Positions 28,760-39,169 of a stretch of DNA of 64,000 nt are shown one piece after another. The position numbers were made by a program, and so were the translations under genes. Source of the stretch: an uncultured virus (IMG/VR IMGVR_UViG_3300005437_000001) (Duplodnaviria > Heunggongvirae > Uroviricota > Caudoviricetes); the IMG/VR virus record IMGVR_UViG_3300005437_000001. The stretch is one strand, 5' to 3'. The notes below the pieces were generated by a model. The model saw nothing but the letters and a program-made list of their open reading frames with translations, was not told the origin of the DNA and ran no database searches. Position 1 is the first letter of the stretch. Every line of letters starts with the position of its first letter.

Positions 28760-28816
28760 ACACGCATCTGACTGACAGACAGATTAGGAGGGGTTCAGCT
28801 GTCTGCCGCCACCATA

Positions 28817-29197
28817 GTGCTGAGCTGGCCGTTGCCGACCGTGGGGCTGGGGTCCCTCGTCGTCGGCATAGTGGCCGCCGTTCTCAGAGGAAAGTTACAG
28901 ACCAAGGGACAGGTGGACGCCGTCCGCCAGGACTACCGAGATCAGATCAAGTCCCTTCGGGAGGACCACCAGGCCCAGCTGGCCGGTCAGGCCGAGGATC
29001 ACAGGCGACGCGAGGACCAGTTGGTCGCTCAGGGCGACGCCTGGAAGGCCGCCTATTTCAGCGAGACACAGGTCAGCAGCCTGTCGCGGCAACAGCTGGC
29101 CCAGCTGTTCGAGCTGGCCAGGATGACCGAGGTCACCATGCGCAAAGCCATTGAAGCTCAACCACCTGAGAGGTCCGGCAATGCAGCAGATCAGTGA
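28817..29197 (+). CDS. Putative holin / lysis membrane protein
   Basis: N-terminal transmembrane segment followed by a coiled coil; upstream of the endolysin. Confidence 0.6.
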   Translation: MLSWPLPTVGLGSLVVGIVAAVLRGKLQTKGQVDAVRQDYRDQIKSLREDHQAQLAGQAEDHRRREDQLVAQGDAWKAAYFSETQVSSLSRQQLAQLFELARMTEVTMRKAIEAQPPERSGNAADQ

Positions 29198-29360
29198 GTT
29201 GCAGATGGCCCTGCGGGCGGGCCACAGGTCGCAGCAGCGCGCCACGGCGGTCCGCAACCGGGCGCCGGAGGTCAACCGGGTGGTCCAGTCCCTGCGCGAG
29301 ATGGGGGCAGTCCTGGGACTGTGCGACCCGCCCGACGAGAAGGAGGACACCGAATCGTGA
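29181..29360 (+). CDS. Small lysis-cassette protein
   Basis: Lies between the holin-like gene and endolysin, overlapping both. Confidence 0.5.
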   Translation: MQQISELQMALRAGHRSQQRATAVRNRAPEVNRVVQSLREMGAVLGLCDPPDEKEDTES

Positions 29361-30283
29361 TCGCCGGAGCGGTACGCATCGGCTACGACGCCTCGTCCCC
29401 GCCGCCGGACCCGCACCTGGACGTATGCGGGTTCTACATCGGTGGCGACACCCCGCACGTGTGGACCGACGCGGAGATCGCGGGCCAGTCGGCGCGCTGG
29501 CGTCTGCCGATCTACGTATGCGACAACCCCGCCCGTCGCGACCCTGTCTCGGACGCCGGGGACGCGGTCGGCTGGATGCGCGCCCACCACGTCCCGGCGG
29601 GCTGTGCGCTGGCTCTCGACTACGAGATGGCCAAGGACGCGACCTATCTCGAACAGTTCGACAGCGTGGTGCGCGCCGCCGGGTGGACTGTGCTGCTGTA
29701 CGGGTCACAGTCCACCGTCGAGCAGAACCCGCGCCCGTCGGCCGGTTATTGGACCGCATCTTGGACCCAGGCGCCGCACCTGGACTCCGGCGCCGCCATG
29801 ACCCAGTACGCCAGCGACGCCCAGCTCGGCCGCCCGTACGACCTGTCCGTGGTCTCCGACAGCCTGGTGCTGTGGGACACCCGGCCGCCCGCCCCCGCAC
29901 CGACTCCATCGGGAGACAATATGCCCGCCTTCCAGACCGGCCCGGTCGACTCCGGATTCTACGAGGACCAGTCCGGCACCGTGTTCCCCAGCAACACCAC
30001 CGAGCTGTGCGTGCCGCCCGCGAATGGCGGCGCGGCCGGGTGGGGTAACGCCTGGCTGTCGCTGGGCTGCGACTTCGCCCCGGTGCAGCTGCGCATCGCG
30101 GTCAAGTCCGACGGCCAGGCGGGATGGTCGGTCAGCCTGCACACGATCCGGCCGACCGACGACCGGCTGTCCATCCCGTTGCCCACCAACGTGGGCAAGA
30201 TCTCCATCGGCCGGGTGGCTCAGTCTCCCTCCGACAGCCCGGCCACCCCCTGCGCCTGGCTGCTGGAGTACCGGGCCGTATAA
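29357..30283 (+). CDS. Endolysin (GH25/DUF1906-like muramidase plus C-terminal domain)
   Basis: GYDAS, ALDYE, LLYGS, YWTASW and QY...YDLS motifs; Pro/Thr linker. Confidence 0.8.
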   Translation: MIAGAVRIGYDASSPPPDPHLDVCGFYIGGDTPHVWTDAEIAGQSARWRLPIYVCDNPARRDPVSDAGDAVGWMRAHHVPAGCALALDYEMAKDATYLEQFDSVVRAAGWTVLLYGSQSTVEQNPRPSAGYWTASWTQAPHLDSGAAMTQYASDAQLGRPYDLSVVSDSLVLWDTRPPAPAPTPSGDNMPAFQTGPVDSGFYEDQSGTVFPSNTTELCVPPANGGAAGWGNAWLSLGCDFAPVQLRIAVKSDGQAGWSVSLHTIRPTDDRLSIPLPTNVGKISIGRVAQSPSDSPATPCAWLLEYRAV

Positions 30284-30297
30284 ACCCGGATATGGAG

Positions 30298-30327
30298 TAG
30301 ACAGGCTGTCAAGTCCGGTGGTACAGT
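30298..30327 (+). promoter_or_regulatory. Promoter and operator of the HTH gene
   Basis: TAGACA-18-TACAGT; operator TAGAC-AGGCT-GTCAA; ATG 7 nt after the -10 (leaderless). Confidence 0.65.
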
Positions 30328-30333
30328 AGTGGC

Positions 30334-30639
30334 ATGGATACTCCGGCAGAGACCAACGGCGGGTTCGAGGAGAAGGTGGGCGTGGACTTCACGACCGCCT
30401 CCCGCTACCGCAACGGCGACCGGGTTCCGTCCACTCGGACCGCCCAGAAGATCGCCGACGCCTACGGCCTGGATGTGGCAGAGATGCTGCGGGCCATAGC
30501 GGGCGGGCGCGAAGAGTTCGGCTACTACATCCGTACCCGTGTGTTCGGACCCGAGGACATCGACCAGGATCGGTGGCAGGCCGAGCTGGCGGCCCGGGAC
30601 GAACGCGCGTCCAAGAAGGGATCTCGGGCAGCGGCATGA
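30334..30639 (+). CDS. Xre/Cro-like HTH regulator
   Basis: VGVDFTTASRYRNGDRVPS....KIADAYGL. Confidence 0.85.
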   Translation: MDTPAETNGGFEEKVGVDFTTASRYRNGDRVPSTRTAQKIADAYGLDVAEMLRAIAGGREEFGYYIRTRVFGPEDIDQDRWQAELAARDERASKKGSRAAA

Positions 30640-30935
30640 CCGAAGAGATGAAGGATCTGGAGGCCGTCCGGAACGACTTCGTGCGGCAAGTCAGCGACCG
30701 ATCGGTGTTCGAGGAGCTACGCCCGTACCGGCAGTGGCGCCACCTGCCCTCCGGCATGATCGTCGAGGCCGGGTCGGTCTACGGCGAGCTGCATATCAAG
30801 TCGTGGTCTCCGGAGCACGGCAAGCACAGCCCTACTCTGGACCTGCGCGTTCTCAACGTCAACGCTTGGAGCGCGTACTCCGGGTTCCTCACCCAATTCG
30901 ACTTGACGGCGGACCTGGACCCGGCCGTCGTCTGA
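30636..30935 (+). CDS. Hypothetical protein
   Basis: ATGA-coupled to the HTH gene. Confidence 0.6.
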   Translation: MTEEMKDLEAVRNDFVRQVSDRSVFEELRPYRQWRHLPSGMIVEAGSVYGELHIKSWSPEHGKHSPTLDLRVLNVNAWSAYSGFLTQFDLTADLDPAVV

Positions 30936-31000
30936 TCCCCGAGCCCGCCACTATCCGGATCGACACGCCGGGTAGCGGCGGGCTCGGCCGTCTCCGGTAC

Positions 31001-31030
31001 TTGACAGCCGGGCAATCCTAGTGGTGTACT
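31001..31030 (+). promoter_or_regulatory. Promoter and operator
   Basis: TTGACA-18-TGTACT; operator TTGAC-AGCCG-GGCAA. Confidence 0.6.
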
Positions 31031-31070
31031 GGTCGTACAAGGCTTGGTTTCGGGTCGGGAGGGGGCAGAG

Positions 31071-31877
31071 ATGGCGGTCCTACTGAGGGGTCGGGCAGTC
31101 AGCGAGAAGGATGTCAAGGAGATCCGGCGCATGGTCAAGGAGGCGCTGGATGTGCACCGCGAGGAGGGCACCCTGGACTCTGCGGCGGCCAAGGGCCTGT
31201 CCGCCTATCTGGACGACATCAAGTCGGCCAAGTTGATCAACGTGTCCGTGCCGTTCGTGCCGGACGAGCCCGCCGACGACACCCCGGCGCCGTCCGGCGC
31301 GCCCGGCCGGACCGGCGAGCGCCCGGCTGCGGCGGCCAGCATCGACGCCACGCCCAGGCAGTACGAGTTCATCCGCAACCTGCTGCGCGACCGGGACTGG
31401 TCCGGGCTGGCGCCGCTGCTGCACGGCACGGCCGCCCGCGTGTTCGGCGGCGGCCAGGTGGACAGGCGGACCGCATCCGACCTGATCGACGCCCTGAAGA
31501 AGTGCCCCTGGAAGCGCTCGCGCGACCTGCACGCCGCGCCCGCACCGGTTCCGGCTGCGCCCCGGCGCTCCGAGCCGGTCGGCGAGGGGTTCTACAAGCT
31601 GGATGACCTTTACGTCAAGGTCATTCTGAACCAGGATGGCACCCGGACCTACGCCAAGGCGTGGGACGGGTCGTCCTGGGACTACGAGCTTGCGCGCTCG
31701 GTGGGCGCCTACCGCAAGCTCACCCCGGCCATGAAGCTGACGCCCGAGCAGGCGTCCGAGTTCGGCCACCTGTACGGCCAGTGCATCTTCAAGGGATGCA
31801 GGCTGACCCACGAGATCAGCATCCGGCTCGGATACGGACCGGTCTGCGCCGAGAAGCACGGGATGCCCTGGGGCTGA
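31071..31877 (+). CDS. DUF6011-like Zn-binding protein
   Basis: C-terminal C...C.LT...SI..GYGPVC; AT.RQ..FI..L...A.DLID.L domain. Confidence 0.75.
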   Translation: MAVLLRGRAVSEKDVKEIRRMVKEALDVHREEGTLDSAAAKGLSAYLDDIKSAKLINVSVPFVPDEPADDTPAPSGAPGRTGERPAAAASIDATPRQYEFIRNLLRDRDWSGLAPLLHGTAARVFGGGQVDRRTASDLIDALKKCPWKRSRDLHAAPAPVPAAPRRSEPVGEGFYKLDDLYVKVILNQDGTRTYAKAWDGSSWDYELARSVGAYRKLTPAMKLTPEQASEFGHLYGQCIFKGCRLTHEISIRLGYGPVCAEKHGMPWG

Positions 31878-31937
31878 GCACGACCCATCCGCCGGAGGGC
31901 GGCCAGCCCCCCGGCCCTGCCACGTAAGGAACCTGAT

Positions 31938-32690
31938 ATGACCGTCAACACCGAGAGCCCGGCCCGTCGCGGCGTGACCGTGGTCCCGCACATTCTTGAA
32001 GGCAACGAGGAGTGGCCGGACAGCGTCGCGGTGATGCACCCTAACGGTGCCCTGATGATCTGGCACCTGAGCCAGTACGGCCGACCCGGCACGCTGCCCA
32101 CCAAGATCTACGCGGCCGGGTCCTGGCGCGACGTGACCCACTACGGCGACTTCATGGCGCCGCCGATGCCTTCCTCCCGGCCCGCCCACGAGGTCGGCGC
32201 CGACCAGCAACGGGCGACGGCCGAATTCGTCGAGGAGATGGCGTCCCGAGACCCGCAGGAACTGGAGCGCGATCGGCGCCGAGCCTACACCGACCCGATC
32301 GAGGAGCTGTCGCCCGAGCGGCTGGACGACACCAACGGCGACGTGCGCGGCCAGCAGAGCATGGGCGTCATCCCCCGGCCGCAGCGGCCGATCATCAAGT
32401 CCGAGCCGGGCGCCCGGCACGGCGTGGAGCCGCCCCCTTTCGACGAGCAGGACGACACCGACGACCGCGCGTCAGTGTTCAGTCGGGCCGTGGGAGGGGT
32501 GGCGAAGGCGGCCGGTCGCGTCCGGTCCCGCGCCCGGGACGGCGTCGGCCAGTTCTCAGCCAGCCTGCCCCCGAGTACCTCCTACGGACCGTCCGTCCGG
32601 GCACTGGCCCGGCCGACATCGCCCGAATCCTGGTGGGTGTGGGCCGTCCTCCTGTCGGTTTTGCCTGTCGTCTGGATGATCCTGAGCTGA
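31938..32690 (+). CDS. Hypothetical protein with C-terminal transmembrane anchor
   Basis: AAGGA RBS; hydrophobic C-terminus. Confidence 0.65.
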   Translation: MTVNTESPARRGVTVVPHILEGNEEWPDSVAVMHPNGALMIWHLSQYGRPGTLPTKIYAAGSWRDVTHYGDFMAPPMPSSRPAHEVGADQQRATAEFVEEMASRDPQELERDRRRAYTDPIEELSPERLDDTNGDVRGQQSMGVIPRPQRPIIKSEPGARHGVEPPPFDEQDDTDDRASVFSRAVGGVAKAAGRVRSRARDGVGQFSASLPPSTSYGPSVRALARPTSPESWWVWAVLLSVLPVVWMILS

Positions 32691-32749
32691 CCGCCCCCGT
32701 ATTGAGATCCATCCCGGTCCACCCCTTCACGTAGATAGGGACAGCTACG

Positions 32750-33538
32750 ATGTCTGCCACCATCACCGCCCCCAAGACCGATGTTCAGGGGCACGCCCCC
32801 GGCGTCGCCTACGACGACGGTCCGAACTGGGCCACCCCGTGCGAGTGCGGGCGCAGGTTCACGGCCAAGTCGCCGTCCGCGTCCAAGGCCCGGCACACCG
32901 CCCACGCCGAGCAGGAGGCCAAGAAGGCGGCCCGCCAGCCGAAGACCGGCGACCAGCCCGACCCGGAGTCGGAGCAGTCCCCGTCAACCTTCTCGGGACG
33001 CATCAAGATCTGCGGGTGCGGCTGCGGCGGGCAGCTGGCGCGGCGCGCTGGCGGAGTGTTCCTGTCCGGACACGACGCCCGGTTCAAGAGCATCCTGGCC
33101 AAGGCGCACATGGCCGGGCTGGAGGTCCGCCACCCGAAGTCAGGTGAGATGGACAAGCCGCTGGTCATCGCCGCCTGGCTGGACGACCGGCGCGGCAACG
33201 GCAGCACCTTCTGGCAGGACAAGGTGTCGGCCGGAGTCAAGATCACCGAGCCCAAGGCCCCCCGCGTCCGGGTCGAGCGGACGATGACCGACGAGGAGAT
33301 CGGCCAGCTGAAGGCCCAGCGGCTGATCGACATGCTCGACAACCGCCACCCGGTGTCAGGGGACGAGGGTACGCTGACCATGCGCAGCGGCACCGTCTGC
33401 CGCGCCCGGGTGCTGCGGCGCCAGGGTGACGGCAGCATCCAGGTCAGGATACTGACGGGCCAGTCCGCCGGTACCGACGTGGTTGTGCCCGACATCCGGT
33501 TCGCCAAGGACCGGCGGTCTACCAACCAATACACATGA
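32750..33538 (+). CDS. Zn-binding hypothetical protein
   Basis: CECG..H..H and CGCGCG...FLSGHDARF motifs. Confidence 0.7.
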   Translation: MSATITAPKTDVQGHAPGVAYDDGPNWATPCECGRRFTAKSPSASKARHTAHAEQEAKKAARQPKTGDQPDPESEQSPSTFSGRIKICGCGCGGQLARRAGGVFLSGHDARFKSILAKAHMAGLEVRHPKSGEMDKPLVIAAWLDDRRGNGSTFWQDKVSAGVKITEPKAPRVRVERTMTDEEIGQLKAQRLIDMLDNRHPVSGDEGTLTMRSGTVCRARVLRRQGDGSIQVRILTGQSAGTDVVVPDIRFAKDRRSTNQYT

Positions 33539-34416
33539 GGACACGAATGCCGACAGATCCGATCGTTGTCTCGTACTCCGAGATCGCGTCGTTCCGCCAG
33601 TGCCCGCATCAGCACAAGCTGGGCTACAAGGAGAGGTGGGCCGGTCCGACCACCTCTCCGGCCCTGCTGAAGGGCACCCTGTGGCACAAGGTGCTGGAAT
33701 GGCACTACCGGTGGCTGAAGGACCAGCCGGGAGACCTGGACGGCGCCGTCCGCGCGGGGCGGCAGCAGATCGTGCAGGCCCGGCGCGAGGGATTCGACGA
33801 GGTTGCCGACCTGGTGGAGTGGATGTACGCCGGTTACATCGATATGTACGGCGCCGACAAGGACTGGGAGATCCTGGCGGTCGAGCAGAAGATCGAAGTG
33901 CCGCTGCTGACCGCCCGGGGCCACCGCTCCCGGTTCCGCCTGAAGATGCAGATCGACCTGTTGGTCAGGGACGCCGCGATGCGGGGTAAGCTGGTGATGG
34001 TCGACCACAAGTCCGGCCAGAACCTGCCGTCCGAGGCGGAGCTGGACATGGCCGACCAGTTCGGCCTGTACATCTGGGGTCTGAAGCATGTTGGGTACGA
34101 CATGTTCGCCGGGTTGTGGAACGGCGCCCGGACCCAGCGCAACAAGACTGCCGGGCAGACCCTGGAGTCCCGGTTCCGCAGGTTCCCGCTGGCGCGCACC
34201 GACTTCGAGCTGAACACGATCGCGACCGAGGCGTACGCCACGGCCCGCAAGATGTGGGCGGCCGGTGAGCTGGCCGAGCGGCACCCGGACAAGGATCGGT
34301 GCAAGTGGATGTGCCAGTTCCGGGACGCCTGCCTGCTCGGTCGCAAGACCGGCGAGGACCGCGAGCGCAGGTACCTGCTGGACACCGGATGGTCACCCGG
34401 AGCAGAGAGGCACTGA
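33535..34416 (+). CDS. Cas4/RecB-like PD-(D/E)XK exonuclease with Fe-S cysteines
   Basis: SYSE...F.QCP, GT.WH..LE, IDL...VDHKS and C.WMC.F...C. Confidence 0.88.
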   Translation: MRTRMPTDPIVVSYSEIASFRQCPHQHKLGYKERWAGPTTSPALLKGTLWHKVLEWHYRWLKDQPGDLDGAVRAGRQQIVQARREGFDEVADLVEWMYAGYIDMYGADKDWEILAVEQKIEVPLLTARGHRSRFRLKMQIDLLVRDAAMRGKLVMVDHKSGQNLPSEAELDMADQFGLYIWGLKHVGYDMFAGLWNGARTQRNKTAGQTLESRFRRFPLARTDFELNTIATEAYATARKMWAAGELAERHPDKDRCKWMCQFRDACLLGRKTGEDRERRYLLDTGWSPGAERH

Positions 34417-34417
34417 C

Positions 34418-34615
34418 ATGTCCGAACAGGTGTTCAAGCACTACGTCACCGGGGAGGGGGTATCGGACTACCTCGATGAGGCGGACCGCCTGATCAACTC
34501 CGTGGATGCGGGCGGGGATTCCCGGATACAGGCCTTGGCGGGCGCGGTTAAGCAGATCCGGGACGCCCTGGCCATGTTCGTGGAGGAGGTACGGGAGGCC
34601 CAGCGGGACTGGTAA
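34418..34615 (+). CDS. Hypothetical protein
   Basis: GAGG RBS; 65 aa. Confidence 0.55.
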   Translation: MSEQVFKHYVTGEGVSDYLDEADRLINSVDAGGDSRIQALAGAVKQIRDALAMFVEEVREAQRDW

Positions 34616-34731
34616 CCCGGGGATTGTCTGCCGGACAACCGGTATGGTGGGATACGATCGTACGGCGGCGGGGGCGGCCCGAGCCCCCGCCGCTGGCTCC
34701 GCCGATCGGGCAGGATCAGAGATGAGAATCA

Positions 34732-35646
34732 ATGACTGAAACCGTCGCACCACCTCGGCCGCAGGCCACACTGGACGACATGCCCGAGTTCGCCAACGTG
34801 CTGTACTACGGTGAGCCCGGATCCGGCAAGACCTCCGCCGCCGCCGGGATGGCCCGCCTGGGCCGGGTGTACCTGGTGGACACGGAGTCCGGCGCCAAGG
34901 CCCGGCCGCTGCGCCGTCTGGGCATCCCGGTCGAGAACATCATCCCGGCCCGGGACGACCGGGGCAAGCCGATCACCACCTACTCCCAGCTGGACGCCTT
35001 CTACTGGCGGATCAAGGCTGAGCTGGACGACGACCCCGACTCGGTGGCCGGTGTCATCTTCGACTCGATGACCGAGCTACACCAGATGCTGCTGCGCGAG
35101 GAGGTCGACGTTCGTCACGCTAAGGCAGTGCGCAAGGCCACCGACAAGAACGGCGTCCTGCTGATGGAGGTGGAGGATTCCGAATTCGACGTCGACGTAC
35201 GTGAGCACGGCGTGGTGACCGAGAAGCTGCGCGTCATCGCGCGCCGATTCCGGGACCTGCCCTGCCACACGGCGTTTGTCTGCCTGGCCAAGCGGGAGGT
35301 GGACAAGGAGTCCGGCACCGGCCTGGTCATGCTGCCGCAGCTGTCCCCCAAGTTCGGCGTTAATCTGATGGGGTACGTCGACCTGATCGCGTACACCAGC
35401 AAGGTCCCCGGCGTCGAGGACGCCAGCGGATACCTGGGGGTGTTCCGCGATACGGGCAAGTACAAGGGCAAGGACCGGCTGGGCGGCACGCCGTCCGTGC
35501 TGGCCGACCCCTCGTTCGACCGGCTCGTCGCCCTGGTGTTCCAAGACTGGCCCCTGGACGACGACCCTGCGCAGCAGGACTACCTGGACCGGGTACGGGC
35601 GAAGACCAGCCCGGCCGAGTCCGCCCCCCCGGCGGACAGCAAGTAG
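34732..35646 (+). CDS. AAA ATPase (Sak4-like recombinase family)
   Basis: YGEPGSGKT Walker A, LVDTE and IFDSMTE; lies between exonuclease and SSB. Confidence 0.85.
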   Translation: MTETVAPPRPQATLDDMPEFANVLYYGEPGSGKTSAAAGMARLGRVYLVDTESGAKARPLRRLGIPVENIIPARDDRGKPITTYSQLDAFYWRIKAELDDDPDSVAGVIFDSMTELHQMLLREEVDVRHAKAVRKATDKNGVLLMEVEDSEFDVDVREHGVVTEKLRVIARRFRDLPCHTAFVCLAKREVDKESGTGLVMLPQLSPKFGVNLMGYVDLIAYTSKVPGVEDASGYLGVFRDTGKYKGKDRLGGTPSVLADPSFDRLVALVFQDWPLDDDPAQQDYLDRVRAKTSPAESAPPADSK

Positions 35647-35715
35647 CGGGGCGCGGCCGTCTCCGCGCAGAAGACAAAACAACACGCACACGCAGACACA
35701 GACAAGGACACTGAT

Positions 35716-36183
35716 ATGCCGAAGCTCAGCGCCGACGTGGCGGCCGAGGTCGAGAAGGCGGAGGGCCAGGATTTCGAGGCCATCGACGAGGGCATCTACC
35801 GCGCCGTCCTGGAGGGCGAGGTCGAGGTCAAGGACGGCGCCAACGGCATCTACTGGCGGTGGGTGTTCAAGCTCACCGACGAGGGGTTTACCTCCCGCAA
35901 GATGTTCCTGAACACCTCCCTGTCCGAGGCGGCCCGCTGGCGCCTGAACGAGGTCTTCAAGGCGTTCGGCGTCCCGGCCGACACCGACACCGACGAGCTG
36001 ATCGGCAAGCCGGTGCGCCTCTACATCGTGCAGCGCATCATCCAGGGCGGCGTACGCAAGGGCGACATGGGCAACGACATCAAGCAGGTGCTCCCGCCCG
36101 AGGACGGCGCCCCTGAGGGCGCTGCTCCCGCGACGGCCGGTGGCGGTGCCAAGACCAAGCCGGAGGATGTGCCGCTGTTCTAG
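35716..36183 (+). CDS. Single-stranded DNA-binding protein (DUF669-like)
   Basis: F..I.EG.Y, DTDELIGK; acidic/Pro tail ending PLF. Confidence 0.8.
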   Translation: MPKLSADVAAEVEKAEGQDFEAIDEGIYRAVLEGEVEVKDGANGIYWRWVFKLTDEGFTSRKMFLNTSLSEAARWRLNEVFKAFGVPADTDTDELIGKPVRLYIVQRIIQGGVRKGDMGNDIKQVLPPEDGAPEGAAPATAGGGAKTKPEDVPLF

Positions 36184-36311
36184 GACCGCGCACGCGCGAA
36201 GCGCGCGGATCGGACCCGTCGCCCTGTACCAAGGGCGGCGGGTCCGCCCGTCCCCCGGGGGACTACACTGTGTGAGTACGTCCGTATGTGTAGAGGCAAG
36301 GAGCACCTGCG

Positions 36312-38822
36312 TTGTCCGACGGCACGGTTCGGGGGGAATGGGAGAGACTGGCGGCCGAGGGGCTGTACGTCTTCCCGTTGCCCGAGGGCGGAAAGAATCC
36401 GGGCGATCTCGGTGTCAAGTGGCGCAGCACCTGGGTCGCCAAGCGCATGCAGCCCTGGCCCAGGCTGGCGTTCGCCAAGGGCGACGAGGCCAAGGGGCTG
36501 TGGCTGGCCACGGGCCAGATCAGCAGGCGGGTGGTCCTGGATATCGACAGCGACCAGGCCGAGCAGCGCTGGCGCGAGGTGCTGGGAGATCTATACGACA
36601 GGGCGCTCAAGGTCACCACCGGACGCGGCGTCCATCTGCACTTCCGCATCCCCGACACGGACGAGCGGGAGTGGCCGGGGCATTCGGACAACGATCTGGG
36701 GTACGACTTCCGTGGGGACGGTGGGGGGGTGGTGATACCGCCGTCGGTCCACGCCACCGGCCGCCGGTACGAGTGGGCGGGGGGCGATCTGCTGGACGCC
36801 CCGGAGTGCCTGCGCCACCCCCTCCGGTCCGATAAGCCTACTGAAGATTCAAACGTTGTCGAACTGAAGCCCAGCAACGCCAGCAGGCCGAGCAGCGCAC
36901 ACAAGCGTCAGAATAGCAACGTAAAATCCCTGCTGCGCAATCTGATCGAGAGCCCGCCGTCCTCCGAGGGCGACGGCCGCAACAACTGGCTGACCCAGGT
37001 GGCTGGTCACCTGGCCAAGCTGTTCCCGGCGCCGATGCAGGACGGCTACACCGCGCTGGTGCGCCACCTGGGCACGACCCTGGACGACCCTCTCGACGAG
37101 GCCGAGGCCCTGAAGGTCGCCGACTCCATCTGGGCCAAGCAGCACTCCGGCGCCGGGCTGATCTTCGAGGCCGACAGCGGATTCCTGGCCGCCCGGGACG
37201 GCAGGCTGTACACCACCGTCAAGGGTGAGGACGGCCTGGTCCGGGTGGCCGAGTGGTCCGACTTCGAGCTGCGCGCCCGCCGGATCGTGCAGGACGACGA
37301 CGAGCGCACGTTCTACGTGGACCTGGTCACCGGCCACACCATCTACGAGAACGAGCCGCTCCCGGCCGACATCCTGGGCAACATCTACAGGCTCACGGTC
37401 TGGCTGACCGCCCACCACGCCAGCATCGCTCCCCCGGCCAACGACTCGTGCAAGGTGTCGTCCAACACCCGGCTGCTTAGGTACCTGATGTCCCAGGACG
37501 CCCCGGCCGCTGAGCAGACCCCCCACTACGGACACCAGGCCGACGGCAGTTTCGTGATTCCGGAGGGCATCCTGGGAGGGGGTGGCGTAGAGCCGCATGG
37601 CGCGCTGGTCCCGGCCGACTATCTGCGCGGGCATGTGCGGTACCGGTACGGGATGGCGGATCGCGGCACGGCGCGCGAGATCCTGCGCGAGGTGCTGACC
37701 TTCCAGGACGAGACGGTGGCCAGCGTGTTCGGGTCCTGGTGGGCCATGGCCCTGCTCAAGGGCCGGTACCCCTGCTCGATGTTCCCGTTCATGATGCTGG
37801 ACGCGGGCAGCGAGTCCGGCAAGACCACGGGATTCTTCGCCATGATGGTCGCCCTGGCCGGGTCGATGGACGGCGCCGGGCAGCACACTCCGGCCAGTTT
37901 CCGCGACGCGGTGGCCGCGCACCGCAACGGCATCGCCTGGCTGGACGACATGACCGACGTCAAGGTGTCCCAGATAGCCGATGTGGTCCGGCAGGCCACC
38001 TCCGAGGGCAGCCGGGGCAAGAAGGACGCGGACAACGTCGGCACCACCAACCAGCAGCTGATCAGCCCGATCATGATCTCGGGCGAGGGCAGCGGCACCA
38101 TGATGTCCGAGAAGGCGATGCGCGACCGGGCGGTCCGGCTGGAGTTCTCCACCCCCCGGGACCGCCGCAGCCTGATCGACCCGTCCCGTCTGCAGTGGGA
38201 CGATATCGTGGCCCTGACCGCCAAATACGGCGGCCGAGTGGGCGGGCTGACCGACCTGGCCGGGTCGGTCGTATCCCTGATCCTGGACGCGGGCACGCCC
38301 GTCCTGTCCCAGATGCCCGACCTCAAGGACACCGGGGGGCGCCACGCCGACAAGCTCAGCATCCTGCGCACGGGCGCTCGCGTGCTGGAGGCGGTCACCG
38401 GAGACATCGGCCACGCCGCACTGGTCGACAAGTGGTGTTCCGAGAGGTTCGACGAGGGGGCGGCTAACCTCGCGGTGAGCGAGATCCTGCCGTGGGTGCT
38501 GCGCGCCGCTAGCTCCGGAGGGGTGCCCACCAGCGCCAAGGGCTGGTCCCCGGTGTTCTGGGACAGCACCCGGCGCACCCTGTGGGTCTCGGTGGAGCAG
38601 ACGGCGGACCTGTGGCGCGAGCGCAAGAACCTGACCGACCGCGAGCAGCAGCTCGGCACGGCCGACTCGATCCGCAAGGAACTCAAGGCCATCGGATGCG
38701 AGGGCAGCCGGATGCGCGAGGTCGGCAGGTCCCTGCTGGGCAAGGCCGAGGGACGCCGGTACTGGGAGCTACCGCCCGAGTGGTCACAGCGAGTAGTGTC
38801 ATCGTCCGGCTACGACCTGTAG
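36312..38822 (+). CDS. Bifunctional primase-polymerase / helicase
   Basis: VFPL..GGKNP, VVLDID, TGRGVHLHF, DFRG.GG.VV.PPS; GRNNWL (PriCT); GSESGKTT Walker A. Confidence 0.9.
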   Translation: MSDGTVRGEWERLAAEGLYVFPLPEGGKNPGDLGVKWRSTWVAKRMQPWPRLAFAKGDEAKGLWLATGQISRRVVLDIDSDQAEQRWREVLGDLYDRALKVTTGRGVHLHFRIPDTDEREWPGHSDNDLGYDFRGDGGGVVIPPSVHATGRRYEWAGGDLLDAPECLRHPLRSDKPTEDSNVVELKPSNASRPSSAHKRQNSNVKSLLRNLIESPPSSEGDGRNNWLTQVAGHLAKLFPAPMQDGYTALVRHLGTTLDDPLDEAEALKVADSIWAKQHSGAGLIFEADSGFLAARDGRLYTTVKGEDGLVRVAEWSDFELRARRIVQDDDERTFYVDLVTGHTIYENEPLPADILGNIYRLTVWLTAHHASIAPPANDSCKVSSNTRLLRYLMSQDAPAAEQTPHYGHQADGSFVIPEGILGGGGVEPHGALVPADYLRGHVRYRYGMADRGTAREILREVLTFQDETVASVFGSWWAMALLKGRYPCSMFPFMMLDAGSESGKTTGFFAMMVALAGSMDGAGQHTPASFRDAVAAHRNGIAWLDDMTDVKVSQIADVVRQATSEGSRGKKDADNVGTTNQQLISPIMISGEGSGTMMSEKAMRDRAVRLEFSTPRDRRSLIDPSRLQWDDIVALTAKYGGRVGGLTDLAGSVVSLILDAGTPVLSQMPDLKDTGGRHADKLSILRTGARVLEAVTGDIGHAALVDKWCSERFDEGAANLAVSEILPWVLRAASSGGVPTSAKGWSPVFWDSTRRTLWVSVEQTADLWRERKNLTDREQQLGTADSIRKELKAIGCEGSRMREVGRSLLGKAEGRRYWELPPEWSQRVVSSSGYDL

Positions 38823-39044
38823 CGACAACCGCCCCCCACCTGTTGTAGGACCGGGGGGCGGTGTTGTATGTACGAGGAGTCACGCACAGTGACATCCAGT
38901 AACTATGATAGTGATGTAACAATCACGAAGAGCCACTGCCGCTGCAGTCTTTCAATCCCCACAACACATGCTCTCTCTCACAACAGAGAGAACAACATGT
39001 GTTCCGTTGTCGTCCGTATATGCCATGACCGGCGCTTCCGTACT

Positions 39045-39169
39045 CCCACAACGCCACAACGCCTCCGGGAAATACGCCCCTCGTACGTGTACGCGTCCGT
39101 CCGCGTCCGCGCGTCCGTGCTACGTGTGTATGTGGGGTGTCTGCTCGGGAGGCGTTGTGCCGTTGTGGG
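39045..39169. repeat. Long imperfect inverted repeat in a non-coding gap (candidate origin)
   Basis: CCCACAACGCCACAACGCCTCC pairs with GGAGGCGTTGTGCCGTTGTGGG; many ACAAC/GTTGT units across 38820-39170. Confidence 0.7.
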
